DNA from: Tubiluchus corallicola | Lineage: Eukaryota; Animalia; Priapulida | Reading direction: 5' to 3' | NCBI GenBank assembly: GCA_030141605.1 | Contig: JAQGDQ010000228.1 | Span: forward strand, 124,001-188,000 | Length of the DNA: 64,000 nucleotides | Part shown: positions 1 through 11,900 of the stretch, one piece after another | How the letters are laid out: the number at the start of each line of letters is the position of its first letter | How positions within the stretch are numbered: the first letter of the stretch is position 1 | The notes under the pieces: generated by a model | The model's input: the letters and a program-made list of their open reading frames with translations, nothing else | Databases searched by the model: none | Told to the model about the DNA's origin: nothing | Program-made: the position numbers and the translations under genes

Positions 1-703
1 AATAATTCATGTTGCTTATACACAGAAAAAGCTGATGTACAATTCAAATAATGCATTAGAGATCAATTTTTATTATTATGAAAAAGCAATGGATTTATTG
101 CAAATATAATTTAAATCTAACTCTTGGCGAGGCTTATCTTGATTGCCGATGAATCAATACCAAAACACCAAAATGATCCCATATGTGTGACTAACGTTGC
201 CTATTTTTATATTTAATTTTGAATTAACCAGCTTTCTCGTTCAATAATTTCTAAACTTTAGTATCTCTGCCAGAATGTCCATGCACAATCTGACCACATA
301 TCCACAATGCGCTTGCCATATTTCAACCAGTGATTCGCAGTGCCATGTGTCAGGGCTCTATATATCACACTTTACTGACATATTATGGGCATTTATGATG
401 TTATGGGATTGAGTTGCAAAGTGCTGCATGTGAGATTGTTCATTTGTTTAACATTAAAAGTTGACACATATAAAATTTCACATGTACTCTTTTTGTACGG
501 CAAAACAGTTTCAAAACGTTTTGAGCAAAATGTTTTCTCCAGTGCAATTTGATTTAAACATGAGCATTCAAACCATTCTGAAATGATTTACATTTGCCGT
601 GTGGAGCAGGTAATAATATCACAGCTTGACAAAACAATGTTATTTTATCTTCATAAAATGATGATGTGAATCATAATAATAACTTGATATTATTATATTG
701 TAG

Positions 704-2042
704 GATTCTATAATTACTGGGATGGGTACTCCACATTTATTGTATTTGATCTCGGCACAACGGCTCAGCAGTACGAGCCTAGCATGGTCACATTCAATGC
801 TGCACCTGAGTGTACTACTATCATCAACTCTAGTGAAGCAGTTACTGGAACCAAGAAGGGAGAGCTGATTGTCTGGGATCTGAAAACGGCCAAGCCCATC
901 AGGCACTTGCGTAATATTAGCTCTGTGAATACTCTTGGACGTCAGGTATGTGTTCACACTTGTGGTAATTAACACTGTATTGAGAGAAAAGAAAAGTCTC
1001 ATTGCATGTCATGATGGTAAAATTTGCATGACGGTGTTTGGGATGTGTCAAAACACAAGTGACGACTAAAAAAACTTAACAATTCTGCACAATTTATCAT
1101 TAATTTGCTGTTTTGCTCTCAGGTGGAAATTCCCACAACTGCTCACACTAGAGAAATCAAAGCTCTTGCACTGTCTAAAGATGGCAGGTATCTAGTTGCC
1201 GCATCAGCTGATAATACGGTCAGTGTGTGGAATATGGAAACTGAAAAGCGGATGCATAGTTTGGAAGGTCATAGCGATGAGGTATGTCAAATTAAACAAT
1301 TAATTGCATTTATTTCACAATATGCATTTCAAGGCCAGCTAAAGGTGCTGAAATTGGCTTGAACAGGCTGATATAGGCTTGAAGTAAATCATAAATTCAC
1401 TAGCTGTCATAGTTTTGACGTGAATCATAATATCTCCTCACATATTTAGATAACTTGATTTACAACAGTATTTATTGAAATCTATAAAAGGCTTGAATGT
1501 TGCGAAATTAGTTCCTGACCAAATTTTGCACTAGTTTTTTTCTGACTATCTCGCCAAGTTGAGCTCCAAATAAAAAGGTCAAATTGATGGTAGAAAGGAA
1601 ATTTCATTGTCTTTCATAAAATGTACACTAAGTCTTATGTCCAAAAAAACTAGATGAGGTCTGAGTGGTCTACTGGTAGTTTCAGCCAAGATTGTCACTG
1701 CTGTTCAAGTATCTACAGTCAAGATTTAGTTACTGACTCGTTTCAAGCCCTGACTTTGAACGTTCTATGGATTACAGATTTTTTTCAAAGGTAATTTGTT
1801 ATTAGGTATGGACATGTACAATATCTGGAGACAATGATATCATAGTCAGCGGTTCTAGAGACAAAACGATTCGTCTTTGGTACCTGCAGAGTGGAACAAT
1901 CGCTTGCGTCCTGCTCACAGAAGTTGGAATATTTAATGTGCGCATCAGCGAAAACAAAGAAACTATCGTTGCTCTTGGAGACAAAAACAATAGCAAGAAA
2001 TTGGTGCTGATTAGAGTTGTAAATGCTAAGCCAGCAGCGTAG
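704..2042 (+). CDS. 3' end of a WD40-repeat protein, NACHT-WD (NWD1/NWD2/qui-1)-like; last 3 coding exons, 5' part outside window
   Basis: Exons 704-945, 1123-1281 and 1806-2042 have AG/GT ends and splice in frame: (G)FYNYWDGYSTFIVFDL...EAVTGTKKGELIVWDLKTAKPIRHL...AHTREIKALALSKDGRYLVAASADNTVSVWNMETEKRMHSLEGHSDE|VWTCTISGDNDIIVSGSRDKTIRLW...TIVALGDKNNSKKLVLIRVVNAKPAA*. GH...WD repeats are clear; the NWD assignment is from recall of the terminal 'TIVALGDK..RKL' segment. Confidence 0.8.
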
Positions 2043-5000
2043 ACTACAAGGCAAACTAATTTTATAATATAAAATGTTATTTCTTATGCTAAATTTCATT
2101 TTATAACATTGAGTTTTTAATAATTTTGATTTAAATTATTATTTAAACATCTAATAGTAAGTTGAAGATTAAAATTAAATAGTTAATAGCACAAGGCACG
2201 CTTCACGACAGATCTGAATTAGACGTAAATTTATTTTTGTCCATTTTGCAAATGTTATGCGCTGTCAAGAATAAAAATAACAAAATATAGTACTTGTATT
2301 TGAACATGGTCATTTCACACAAGCTATCATGTGTATAAAGATCAACCTTTACCCCTTTACATTATGATTTTGTCAAATGCTATTAGCATTACCAGTTGCA
2401 CACATTTAATATGCAAGTCTTTTGTTCTATTTGCATACCTGCTGCAGGTGCTGAATTGTGTTGTAATTTTATTGATTTTTTACTCGCCCCTTGTTAACTA
2501 TCATTTAAAAAGCTTTTTAAAGAACTTACAGGAACCTCAGCTTATATTATTATTATTAGCCATTCTTAAATCAAGATTAGTCATAATGTAAGAATACGGT
2601 GCAAAGATTTTTTTCATTCATTACGATTAAGATTTTATTGTATTTTGTGTTGAGGATCGTAGTGTTAATTGGATGTTAAGAAAGTAGAAAATGATTTAAT
2701 TTTGTTTGATTTTTGCATTATGTGAAAAGAATACTCAAACGCAAGGTTTTAGTTGCTAAATATACTCATTATTTCTCATTTAGTGCAACGTTAATTAGGA
2801 GTAAAAACATCTCGCATGCTTTTAGATATTTTAATGGCTATAAACTCATTTCAACAGCTTTGGCAGCTATTTATTAAGCATTTTTTGTTTTTATAATATA
2901 TTTTAATTCATGGACTCTTGTTACAATGCATTTACATTTTATGAGATTATGATATTGTTTTCTGTAATAGTAGTATTCAAATTTTTATTGTCTCTTTATT
3001 GATCAAATTTAACAATAACAGCGTGAATCAAAAGTTAATTATTTTTGTAATGTGTGTGAGTACGAAACAGTTTACAACAGATCACAAATGGTCATCAGAT
3101 TTTTTTTGATACATGGCAAGCTCTTTGTCAGATTTGGGTATAGTTACAATCACAAATTACAGTTTTTATGTAGGAGTAATTTAGGCAAAAATAAATGTGT
3201 AGTGAAAATTTAATATGGTGTTATTGTAATCATCTATTGTCTAGAACGCATTATATGATAAAAACAAACTAAAGTATTAAATAATTAAAACACCTCACAG
3301 TTTTCATTAATAATTCAGAAGTTAATTATCTGTTTTTGTGCTGTATAGATTTTTACTATATAATATTAAGGCTTTTTGTTAGAAAGAGAAATCAGAAATT
3401 TTCATTTACCAGGCAGATTATGAAATTGTAATTATGTGACTGTAATGGTAACATGTCGCTTATGGTAGTTATGATTGTAAGCTGCTAAAGCATCAGCGTA
3501 ATAGCAAGACCAGCTGATCTTTTTAAATATAATGGTAAATGTAAATGTCTCAAATCTGGCTGATAGTGCTATTCAATTAATATTCATTACTCGTCAATTT
3601 TTTGTACTTTCCAAATTTGGGAGTTTAGAGCATGAAATAAGCTTTAATAATTCATTAATGTGTTACTGGCCCAAAATCAATCAAAATGTGTTAGAATCCT
3701 CCTAGTATGATGTTTTTAAGATTCATGAAGTTTCAACAATGTCCTTGTTACTCTGCAGTAGAAGCATAGAACATTTAGCAGTATGTAGCAAGAAAATTTT
3801 ATTTGTTCATTAACACGTTTATTTAACCAATAAAATTTAAACAATTGGAAAACCTGTTCCGTATTTTTTCATTAAAACTGGTAATAAGGAATTATTCTGA
3901 CATGAGCAATTTACAAAAATTTTAAAACTACTGCAAAACTGCCTAGTCAGAAATCATAGTACTACATACAACCTAGAAAAAAGTTAATGTTGTTACTTAA
4001 GGGGGTGTGTTCGCAGATCCATAATTTTTTGTAGAAACAGCGGCATTATTCTTTAAATGCTGATTGTGTTACTGTGACAATTCGTGGTGTTCTGTATCCT
4101 TCATAATCTTTGCATGTTTTAATGCTGGAGCTGAATGTTTAAGGACTGTTGTGTCATGAGTAACTTTCCTAGATCAATGCATAGAAGTTATTCTGCTTAG
4201 TGCAGTACCCAAACCAAACTCATCTTCATCTCATCATGTCGAAAAAGGAAAGAGGGACCTGGGGTCGCAAAAAACGTCATAATTTGTGGCTTCACGCATG
4301 ACACTTGCTATGCCAGAAGTAATTTAAAAACCACAGAAATGTTCATTTGTAATGTTTATTTATATCATGTAACACCTAACTTCACAGCTATAGTCATTTT
4401 TACAGGCCAGTACAGGTAAATTAAATATTTTCTGATTCCAACATGAGCAGGATTCTCAATCTGGGAAGTACTGTACACTGTTGAGGAAACTCAAAATCAA
4501 TCCTCAAAAATTAAGCTTCAATTTTATCCTGGCATTAGGCAAACATTACATAGCTTCCCAAACTGAAATTACTATGACAAAATTTAAAATGTTTGTAAAA
4601 TAGAATAAACTTTCAGCTATAAAATAATGAACAATAAAGGGGATAATTTAAGCGCATAATGACACAATCATTATTATTATTGTTAACTTGTATATTAACA
4701 AAGACAGCTAAAATTATAAATTATCCTAATGCAATCAAGAATTTCATATTGATAGTAAAGCCATTTTGCTAATAAAACGAAATATTACATAATATTTATA
4801 ATATTAATAGCGAATATTAAGTTAAAACAGGAACAACAACAACAACAAGGTAAATTGGCCATCATAATTATGTCACTAATATGGCTACAAAAGTGTACTT
4901 ATATGCAACACACTTAATTTACTCAAAAAGATAATTGCTGCAAAATTTTTCATTTTTTGAATTAATGCGATCATTTAAAGTGTAAAGCTAGCATTCACAA

Positions 5001-5891
5001 ATGAAGCAAACTAAATCCACTATAATGGACATGATCACGTCAGAATTACAACTTTTACACTTGTTAGTTAGTCTTTTTACACTGCCAAATTGCACAAACT
5101 TCACATTTTCCTCAAAATAGCTACCGCTAATAATGACTAGAACTAGAACTTTATCAATGTCATTATCACACAAACTGATTGAAGTACTTGATAATGTAGT
5201 GTAATGCAGCGATATTTCACTGCATTCGAACTAATCATTTTGTTTTCGTGACAAGAAAATTGACTCACGATGAATTTTATAGTGCAGCTTCATGTTGTAC
5301 ATGCAAAAAGTTCAAACTTATACCAAAAAGGTGTGAATGGAATGTAGACAGAGAAAAAACTTTCATATTTAACACTACAGAAGTAAAAGACAATTATTAC
5401 AGATTACAGATTTGTACTATTCTAGACAAGGTAGGCCACATTAATCTGAATAAATGCTACAGAAACTTTTAATGCAAAATCCAAATATGTAACAAAATAA
5501 ATTAAAGTATAGTACAATGAATGCCAGTAATTAGACATAAGAAAGTCACATACTGCTTTAGAAACTAAACCAAACATGCAGATTACAAGCAATTAAAAAT
5601 AATATTGAGAGAACTTTAGTCATGCTTTCGTTAAATTTTTTAAAATTTTACAGAAATTTGCAAGACCAAATTCTCAAACAGATTCGTTAAATTATGAAAC
5701 AATTTCAACACATAGACCATGGTTTTACACTGCATCAACAGTTAAGCACAACAAAGCAAATTGCAGCACTTTAAAATACCCAGATTTTAAATAAATGCTG
5801 ATATTAACATATAATTTACAAACAACCTGAAAAGGCTGTAGGAATGCTGCCTAGAAACTCCTTCTTACCACTATGATTAACTTTGGTCTTT

Positions 5892-5920
5892 TCATTCTTT
5901 CTTTGACGTTACTGCCCAAA
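5892..5920 (-). CDS. VAMP: VAMP last coding exon (luminal tail VWAVTSKKE*)
   Basis: Strong acceptor ttgttttcactttcgtgtag; phase-1 entry gives VWAVTSKKE then TGA; followed by a long U-rich 3'UTR-like region on the minus strand. Confidence 0.7.
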
Positions 5921-8900
5921 CTACACGAAAGTGAAAACAAATGCAATAAAAAGAAGCTTACAACGATAATGAAAGCATATTAGAATTTGATGTATTCTTC
6001 AAAATTGGAATAAACTTTAAACAGTTGAAACAAAATCATGCAACTTTTTACAGGAAAGTAGTGTGTACATTTAAAATAAATTAAAAACAGCTACGAAACT
6101 AATTTAAAAAATAGTAGCAATTCACGGTACCTTGAATAAACTCAAAAGCAGTGTGGCCTTTATACAAAGTGAGGCTAATAAATCGTATAGGTAAATTGGT
6201 TAGGGACCATCCACATATAACGATATGAAGATTAGAGTAAGTAAGTCGCAGGAGACGTGTTAACACTATTATAAAGCAAGGTAGGTAGGTGATTTAGCTA
6301 TGATATCATTATCTGACTTCACGCTTTGATGTGGACAATGAATGGTCATTATTGACCATGAGGAGGAGGAATTTTCAAAATGGGTCGATGAGAATGAGTT
6401 CAGTGAATTGGGGCTTGCACCACCTCCACTGCTGATGCTAGTAAAATCCACCGATGGTTTCCTGTTAATTGACATGAATGATGTTGTTGCCGTCCTATGA
6501 GGAGGAATAAAGTGTACAAACATGTGGTGTGACATCGATATCATTATAAGGGGCAAATAGGTGGAGGGGCATATGATAACGCCATTGTAACGCAAAGCAG
6601 GTAGGTTTTCAAAATTAGTCAAAAACTTTATATCTTTATATGCGGATGGCCCCCTATTTTAAATAAATATTTATCATTAAAAGATATACACGATGGAATG
6701 TTAATTATACATAAAATAATAACTGTGTACAAACATTTCGGAAATCAATAAAATCGTGGTTTGGTTAGTTGTACATGGTTAGGAACTATGCTATCTCTAG
6801 TAAATACAGGAAACAGTAATTACTACCTACTTAGTAATTAGAAGACTTAATGTTGAGAAATAGTTGTCACTTATCTTTTAAATAAAACTAACTTGATTTA
6901 CTTTACCTTTACACTGCACGGCAAACTAACAACTCAATTTTTTAGTATTGTTATGCTTTAACATTGCTGCTGTCAGCAATATAATTATACGATACAATCG
7001 TTCTAGAATCTAGCAACTCTGGAAACGTTGTATGTAAGAGTAACAGAAACGGATTGCAAGATTAGCTAATTCCGAAAGTAGGTATAACATTATTTTTACA
7101 TAAATAATCCAAATACAGCTAAGCTTATGCAAATACGAATATTCCACGAAAAATTTTGCAGATCTTTTTTAATTCAATCAAGATCGTCATTCGAAAATGT
7201 ACTGTTTTTAATTGCTAGTAGTGGCAAGATTTTAGTAAGTGAATAACATAACAAATGAAGCACATACAGCACACAAGCGAGCAGCAGTGGTACGAGAAGG
7301 CACCAGAGAAACACTGGATCATCATAAGAACAGTTAGTGGATTATTTGTTATAGTTAAGTGCTACTTAGCCTGGCTTAAGAAGAACAGTACACCTGCAGG
7401 TAACATCTAAACTAATATTAAGGAATGAATTGATGACTCAATGTTAATCTGGCATTGCAGATATAGAGAGAGAGCACTTGGCAACCACTGATTACGCGTA
7501 TTTTGTAGCTATCCACACTTCAGGTAAGCATTAACAGAAACAAAGGTACATTGTAAAAATTTCGTCAATCATATTGTAGATGAGAAAAAATAACATATGT
7601 AACACGTTTTCTCATTCATATGAATTTGTTGTACTTGAATTTGCAAAATATAATCAAATTTCCATAAAAACTCATGTTGTTCATGTTTATGTTGTTATTC
7701 CATGTCATGTTATTATGCCCGCGTTTATCTTTGGACATGAAGCAAATACGGATGAAATTCCATGTATAAATTTTGCTAATCCAAAATTACCATAAAGTTT
7801 TTAATTTTTCATACAAAAGTGCGAAAACTGCCTGACACGACGAAGATAAAATGTTTTTGGAAATGAACTTTGAAGATCATATTACACAGTTTTGTGCAAA
7901 ATTAGGCAGAAAAACAATTTAAGCAAACTTGATAAATACTTTGGTTTTGAATAAAAATTTTGTGCCACATTAAAAAAGCAGTACTAACTTTGTAAATGAG
8001 CTTCATCAGAATAGCCAAGATTGAATATTAGTAACAATTTGACATGTATTCAACCTATACCAACACACTGAACATCTCAAGCATATAGATGCTGATTTAC
8101 AACACTAGTTCATGCACAAAACTGTTAGTAGAATAACTCAAAAGACATCGCTGCTATCGGTAACAAAAAGAAGAGAAACTAAAAGCAAAGCGTCATGCAA
8201 AAAATAACTTACCAATGATAATTATCACTATAACCAATATTATAGCTATGATAATAATCCACATCTGAAAGTACATGTACAAAAGCATAAAACAAAATAA
8301 ACAAACACTCGTTACATTAAAATAAACAAATAAACAAACACTCATTACATTAAAATATCATGCAAGTAAACATCCAAATGGCTCTTCAAAACTGCCTCAG
8401 TTTATCAACTTTTTTATTTAAAGTCATTGTAGTAGGTAGCTTGCCATTATCAAAAGGCAGTCAAGAATAAAATCATTATTATTATTGCGCATTGAGGATT
8501 CAATAATATTTTATGAACTGATGTTTTACAAAATTTTTGTTAGCTACAACTGCCTAGTAACTTTTCATCTGTAAATGAAACTTGATGAAGTATTCTTTCT
8601 GTTTTGTGTATAAATTACGTCTTAAAAAGCCAATGGTTACGTGGACAACTGGATATAACAAAAAAATTGCTTGAACCTTAGGATAACGATAACGGAGGTA
8701 GTTTGACACCAAAGGCAAAAGTATCCTTAGTGTTTGTTCTTCAGCCCTTTCTCCCACTTGGCCACCTCCAAAAGACAGTTTTTGTTATATAGTATGATAG
8801 GTGTGTTATGTTTATGCATTAATTGAATGTCAATTACCTATTTGCAGAATGAGTTGGTTGAATATAAAATTGCATTAATGAGCTCACTGTGCTGGATCTA

Positions 8901-11900
8901 CAGGAGGAATCAAAATTTCTGCAATTTTCATTTTGCTGCACGCTCTTCATGTACATACTCTTCACTAGATTCACTCAGCCTTTTCATCTGAAAATTTTTG
9001 ACATCCTAACCATTTCTTACATATGTACTTTCATTTCATTAGTTTTATCATAACTCCACCTTTTTACCTTTTGTTTCCTGCATTATGCTACTGAAGACTG
9101 CTACTGAAGACTTCAATTTCTTATAAGTTTGTCTGTCATAATGAGATAAATGCAAGAGACCTTTTTATTAATGGAAGGATCTGCTGCTGTATACATACAA
9201 ACTATGGACAAAAGCAAAAATAATGCATCAGTAGTTTCTGCCATTAAATGACATATCTGAGGAAGCCAGGTGAAACGAAAGCAGAAAGTGTTTTCTGCAG
9301 GAAGGCAGCTCTGTGTTAACATGGACAAAATTTTGGTACATAAACAACAACCCACATACTATATTATTAATTACGCCTAACTTAGGAACTAAGTTTGGCC
9401 CTCTTAGCACCAATTTCTTGTGGCCTAGTTTGTCTAGTAGTGAGAGAGCCAGCACTGACTGGTAACATGACACAGAAAAACATGTTTAAAAAAAAATCAC
9501 AAACAATGGTAAACACTGTCTAACAAAAATAGCTATACTAGTGCTGGTGATACTTCTTTTAACAAACTTTGTGCAGGAACTAAAAACATCACACTGGCAA
9601 CAATAAATATATTTCCTAACAAAACATCAAGCATAGTTACAAACATGCATGTGATACTACAAACCCTAAGCTTACCCGCTATGATTATTACAATTACAAG
9701 TCCTATTCCAACCATAATAGCAATCATCTATTATGACAGCAGGAAAAATTACAAAAACAATTTTTTTTTACTAATTACCTGATAAAAATTCAGGTAAAAA
9801 AGCCGTGAAAAGTTTAATATTGTGATTAACTTCATTTTCAAATAAGTAAATTCAGTTAATTCACATTTGGCACACATATTTCGGCTATATTAAGGCTATT
9901 CGTCCAGTAACAATCTAAAAAGATATTTAGTTATAAAAATGCATGCGCTGCAAAATATCCCATTTAAAACTTTATTGAACAGGGCTGTTATCAGCATTTA
10001 GCTGAAACGAAATGGAAACTCAGCAAACATCATAGACTGGAACCAAACTAAAACTGGACACGAATGGCTTTGGCAGAAAACAAATAAATTTTATGTAAAA
10101 AGGACAATATAGTGGCACCTGTTCCAAGTTCAGGGCAAAATTATCCTATTGACAGTAAATTATATTAAGCTTAAACCTGACAACACAACAAATTTCGTGG
10201 AGGAAACCATTACTGTCTTTGGATTGCGAGGAAAACTTAAAGAGGACTTAAACTGCCAATAAATTTACAACTACAATCTAGTGTTATATGATAAAACCAC
10301 GTAATTGAACATGGTAAAACCTGTTAAATTAAGTGCAATGTATATTCTAAGATGCAGGAGCATACCAAGTTCAATAAAATTCCAAGCCAGCCGATAAGTG
10401 ATCAGTCTTCTGGGGAATTTCTGATTGTTCGAGTAAGAATGTTTGAATCAATCTGCCACAATAATCCTACTTTTACACATACAGTAGATAGTGCACATAT
10501 TTGTGAACAAGCAGTGAAACCAGGTCAGAAATACAAACACACTGATTATACATGATACATACCTTGCAGTTTTTCCACCAGTATTTCCGCTTCAGTTTTC
10601 CTGCACTGGCTTCAAACTGTGATGCTCCTTGTTGTAGAGCATCTAAAGCATAACAGGTATATTAGGTATACATCTATTCACAATTTATACATAAGTATAA
10701 ATAAGAAATTTGCAGAACTCAAAGAGTAATAAGGTAAAGACAGATCAACTAATGCCACTGAATGTAGGATCATATTCACAAATTTACTGGCAAACCTTTA
10801 ATCAAATGTCGTTTAAAATAAGTCTGTACATCCACCACACTAAGAACATCCATCAAGATGAGCAATCACTGATATAAAAGTACAGGGTGGTGCATCATCT
10901 TTAGCTGCAGGGGAGGGGGGAGAATGAGTAATAGTACAGAAAACATTTACATCAAAGTGTTACTCAAAAAGTAGCAAATCTATCATGTCCTCGAAATTTG
11001 TGAGAAAAGCCATCATAGGATTGGAGCAGTGATTCGAAGAACTCTAGATTCTCTAATACATCTTGCAACTCAACATCATCTAACATATTTTGCAACTCAA
11101 GATTCTCTAACACATCTTGTAACTCAAGAACATCTGACAGATCTTGCAACTCAGGATCATCTAACACATTTTGCAACTCGAGATCCTCTAACATATCTTG
11201 CAACTCAAGATCAACTAAAACATCTTGCAACTTAAGATCATGAAACACATCTTGCAACTCAAGATCATGTAACACATCTTGCAAGTCAAGATCATGTAGC
11301 ACATCTTGTAACTCAAGATCATGAAACACATCTTGCAATTCAAGATCATGTAACACATATTGCAATTCAAGATCATGTAACATATCTTGTAATTCAGATC
11401 ATGCAACACATCTTGCAACTCAAGATCATGTAACACATCTTGCAATTCAAGAACATGTAACACATCTTGCAACTCAAGATCCTCTAATACATCTTTTACG
11501 TCTCATAAACTTATCCCTTGAACACTAAATCAATGGCATGTCTTTTACCACATTAGCACCTACTCTGTCTTTCAGGATAACTTGAATGCGCTAGCCGGAC
11601 TGAGGCATGTGAATTTCCAGCCTTTCAGTTTGAAAAACTCTCTTACCCCTCAAAATTGCAAGCTGTGCGAGATACACGGGACTTTATTACTCTGAAGGTA
11701 TGGTAGATTCTCTTTGTTTATAATAAATTGTGCTTACTCATTGTTTTTGTAAAGTTTTGCAAACCCCTAGCAAAAGTTTCTGTATTCCCCTAGCAAAAGA
11801 TTGAATCTTTTGCTGTACCTCCCTGTACAAAAAACATTGGATTATTTAATGTGCATATTTACAATTGATGCCTGGCATATCATCAAGGTTAACCCTTTAA

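Noticed and set aside
6269-6622. 117-aa minus-strand ORF in the last VAMP intron
   Set aside because: Lies inside a MITE, has no recognisable domain and no convincing splice context.
10964-11472. Repeat ORFs and a CRISPR-like palindromic repeat
   Set aside because: Units are head-to-tail with no unique spacers, the context is eukaryotic with no cas genes, and a shortened unit near 11390 breaks the frame.
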